Positions 43,844-45,367 of a stretch of DNA of 45,367 nt are shown here, one piece after another. This DNA is from a virus, in IMG/VR virus record IMGVR_UViG_3300049023_000013, positions 1 to 45,367 of that record; one strand, given 5' to 3'. Position 1 is the first letter of the stretch, and each line of letters opens with the position of its first letter. The notes beneath the pieces are model-generated. The model was not told the origin of the DNA, did no database searches, and saw only the letters and a list, made by a program, of their open reading frames with translations. The position numbers and the translations under genes are program-made.

Positions 43844-44229
43844 TGGGCGTGTTCGACCGCCAAATTGCGACGGCCAAGCGCCTTATCGCGAAGTATGGCG
43901 AAGACTGCCTTTGGTTTAAGCCGGGCGCGAAAGACCCGGCGGCGAAGCCTTGGGTTGGAACCGAAGTCGCGCCGAACGACCCTACGCCGGTTAAGATTGC
44001 GTTCTTTCCGAACGGCGGCGACAATTCGCTTGCCGCCGTCATCGCCGCGCTTGGCGATACCGACGTGAACGTTGCCGCTGAATACGGCCTTATGGCCGCT
44101 GTTGATTTCGACCCTGCTACGTCCGACACTTTGACGGATAGCACGGGGCGGAACGTTGAAATCGTCAAGATGACGCCGCTTAGTCCGAACGGTGAAATCA
44201 TCTTGTGGAAGCTTTGGATTGAACGCTAA
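43843..44229 (+). CDS. neck protein (head-closure-like), by position
   Basis: 128 aa from the ATG at 43843 (TAATG overlap; Met14 of ORF 43804..44229). Confidence 0.45.
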   Translation: MGVFDRQIATAKRLIAKYGEDCLWFKPGAKDPAAKPWVGTEVAPNDPTPVKIAFFPNGGDNSLAAVIAALGDTDVNVAAEYGLMAAVDFDPATSDTLTDSTGRNVEIVKMTPLSPNGEIILWKLWIER

Positions 44230-44894
44230 TGCCGACGACCCGTCAAGTTGCGCGCGGCGAAATGTTCGACATACTCTTGTCGGCTGGCGACGACTTGCGC
44301 GGGCTTCACGCCGACCTTAACGCCTTCGAAATGCGCTGGCAGGGCATTGAAACACCCGACGAAGTGTCCGAAGCTTCGAAGCAAATGCAAGGCAAATTTT
44401 GGACCCGTGCGTTGACAATGGTTGTTGATAGCCGCCAAGTTGCCCACATGATGACCGACGAACCCGGCGGTTCGCCCGCTAACTGGCGCACGGTCGGACA
44501 AATAATTGTTCAAGTCTTCGCGCCCCGGAACGTCAAGGACAGTTATAATACTGGCGACTTGCTGGCCGGGGTAATTGCCGATATATACCGCAACGTCGAA
44601 ACGCCTTCCGGGGTCGGCTTTGAAAAGTCCGCCGCCAAAGAAGCTACGTCCGAACATTCTTTTTGGCGTTGGAACGTAACGGTTGACTTTGAATTTTACG
44701 AAAGACCGTCGCTTCAAGGAAAGTCGTTCAAAGAATTTTTGTCTGTTGACGGACCCGGCGACGGTCTTTCAATAATAGCAGATAGGTTGCGGGTTGATAT
44801 TGAAAATTTGCCTAGCGTTAGCGACCCTAGCGACGGCTTAGAATTGGAAGGTTCCGACCTTAGAATAAACATCGAAAGTCTTCCAAACGGATAA
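44229..44894 (+). CDS. neck/tail-terminator-like protein with a C-terminal tandem repeat
   Basis: 221 aa with a TAATG overlap. The C-terminus carries DGLSIIADRLRVDIENLP followed by DGLELEGSDLRINIESLP. Confidence 0.45.
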   Translation: MPTTRQVARGEMFDILLSAGDDLRGLHADLNAFEMRWQGIETPDEVSEASKQMQGKFWTRALTMVVDSRQVAHMMTDEPGGSPANWRTVGQIIVQVFAPRNVKDSYNTGDLLAGVIADIYRNVETPSGVGFEKSAAKEATSEHSFWRWNVTVDFEFYERPSLQGKSFKEFLSVDGPGDGLSIIADRLRVDIENLPSVSDPSDGLELEGSDLRINIESLPNG

Positions 44895-44905
44895 GGAAAA
44901 TTAAA

Positions 44906-45367
44906 ATGGCGTTTCAAGGTTCCGACAGTATTATGATTTCACGCGGCGGCGTGTTGTATAAAGTGCTAGGTAGCGAAGTCGCTTCTTACGTTGCTTCGGC
45001 CTTGGGAACGACAAACTATATTGTTGCCGACATTGCCGCGCGAAACGCGCTTGACGGGACTTTAAGTCTAGGGGACGTTGTTAAAGTAAACGACGCAAGC
45101 GGCGACGCTAGTGTTGACGCCGGTTGGGCGCTTTATCAATGGCTAGGAACCGCAACTTGGTCTAAGATAGCCGAAGAAGAAAGCCTTGACGTAACGGTTG
45201 GCGGTATGACCAATCTTGCATATTCGGCGGCATCAACTAACGGGGTCGTAACAAGCGACACGGGGACCGATGCAACAATCCCCGCCGCCGATGGAACAAA
45301 CGCCGGGTTAATGGTTCCGGGGCAGTTTAACAAACTTGCGTTTGTCACTGTTACTGGCGCTATTAAC
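44906..45367 (+). CDS. 5' part of the tail-fibre-like gene that continues across the junction to 253
   Basis: The ATG is at 44906 and no stop occurs before the window end. The frame is continuous with 128..253. The product begins MAFQGSDSIMISRGGVLYKVLGSEVA... and is absent from the ORF track because it is open-ended. Confidence 0.75.
   Translation, partial: MAFQGSDSIMISRGGVLYKVLGSEVASYVASALGTTNYIVADIAARNALDGTLSLGDVVKVNDASGDASVDAGWALYQWLGTATWSKIAEEESLDVTVGGMTNLAYSAASTNGVVTSDTGTDATIPAADGTNAGLMVPGQFNKLAFVTVTGAIN
45241..45367. repeat. 127-bp terminal direct repeat, right copy
   Basis: Identical to 1..127. Confidence 0.95.

Larger units (their letters stand above)
4539..44449. repeat. dispersed over-represented motif ATGTGGGCA(A), at least 18 exact 9-mers
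   Basis: Coordinates are the first base on the plus strand. 10-mer ATGTGGGCAA on +: 9626, 17875, 27246, 28989, 31627, 37379, 43804. Its complement TTGCCCACAT: 8393, 15841, 18606, 36784, 40386, 44440. 9-mer only on +: 13145, 15635, 41048. 9-mer only, complement TGCCCACAT: 11156, 32309. 8-mer core TGTGGGCA only: 4539, 22719, 34690 on + and 4679 as the complement. This is a hand count and may be incomplete. Confidence 0.85.

Overview
This window is a complete or near-complete tailed dsDNA phage genome written as a circle. Bases 1..127 are repeated exactly at 45241..45367, so the unique length is 45,240 bp, and one gene (44906..45367 joined to 128..253) crosses the junction.

The genome has two divergent transcription arms that start at about 23.7-23.9 kb and converge at 14984..14987.
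- **Minus arm (23709 down to 14984), replication and recombination:** Sak4-like ATPase, DUF669-like SSB with a long G/N/Q-rich tail, Cas4-like nuclease, SF2 helicase, clamp-like protein, family-B DNA polymerase.
- **Plus arm, in order:** HTH-GIY-YIG protein, PrimPol-helicase, about 20 small early genes (MazG-like, VRR-NUC, ASCH/DUF3850-like, zinc-finger proteins), and an insulated single-gene cassette. These are followed by the lysis cassette (GH108 endolysin, holin candidates, overlapping spanins) and terS/terL.
- **Plus arm, virion genes:** portal, Mu-F-like protein, scaffold, major capsid protein and neck proteins. Across the junction come fibre-like proteins, the major tail protein, an antisense LAGLIDADG endonuclease, G/GT chaperones with a GGGAAAC -1 slippery site, the tape measure, lambda/GTA-like tip proteins and receptor-binding proteins.

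I saw no integrase, repressor, tRNA, CRISPR array or reverse transcriptase.

The most unusual signal is not a gene. The 9-10-mer ATGTGGGCA(A) occurs at least 18 times, in both orientations and all reading frames, far above chance.

Other notable points:
- an iteron plus AT-rich candidate origin at 26787..27028
- a frame break at a G6 run inside a KWG[RK]P-repeat protein
- a promoter-to-terminator insulated gene for a winged-helix-like protein

All functional calls come from motif recognition by eye. No database searches were run.
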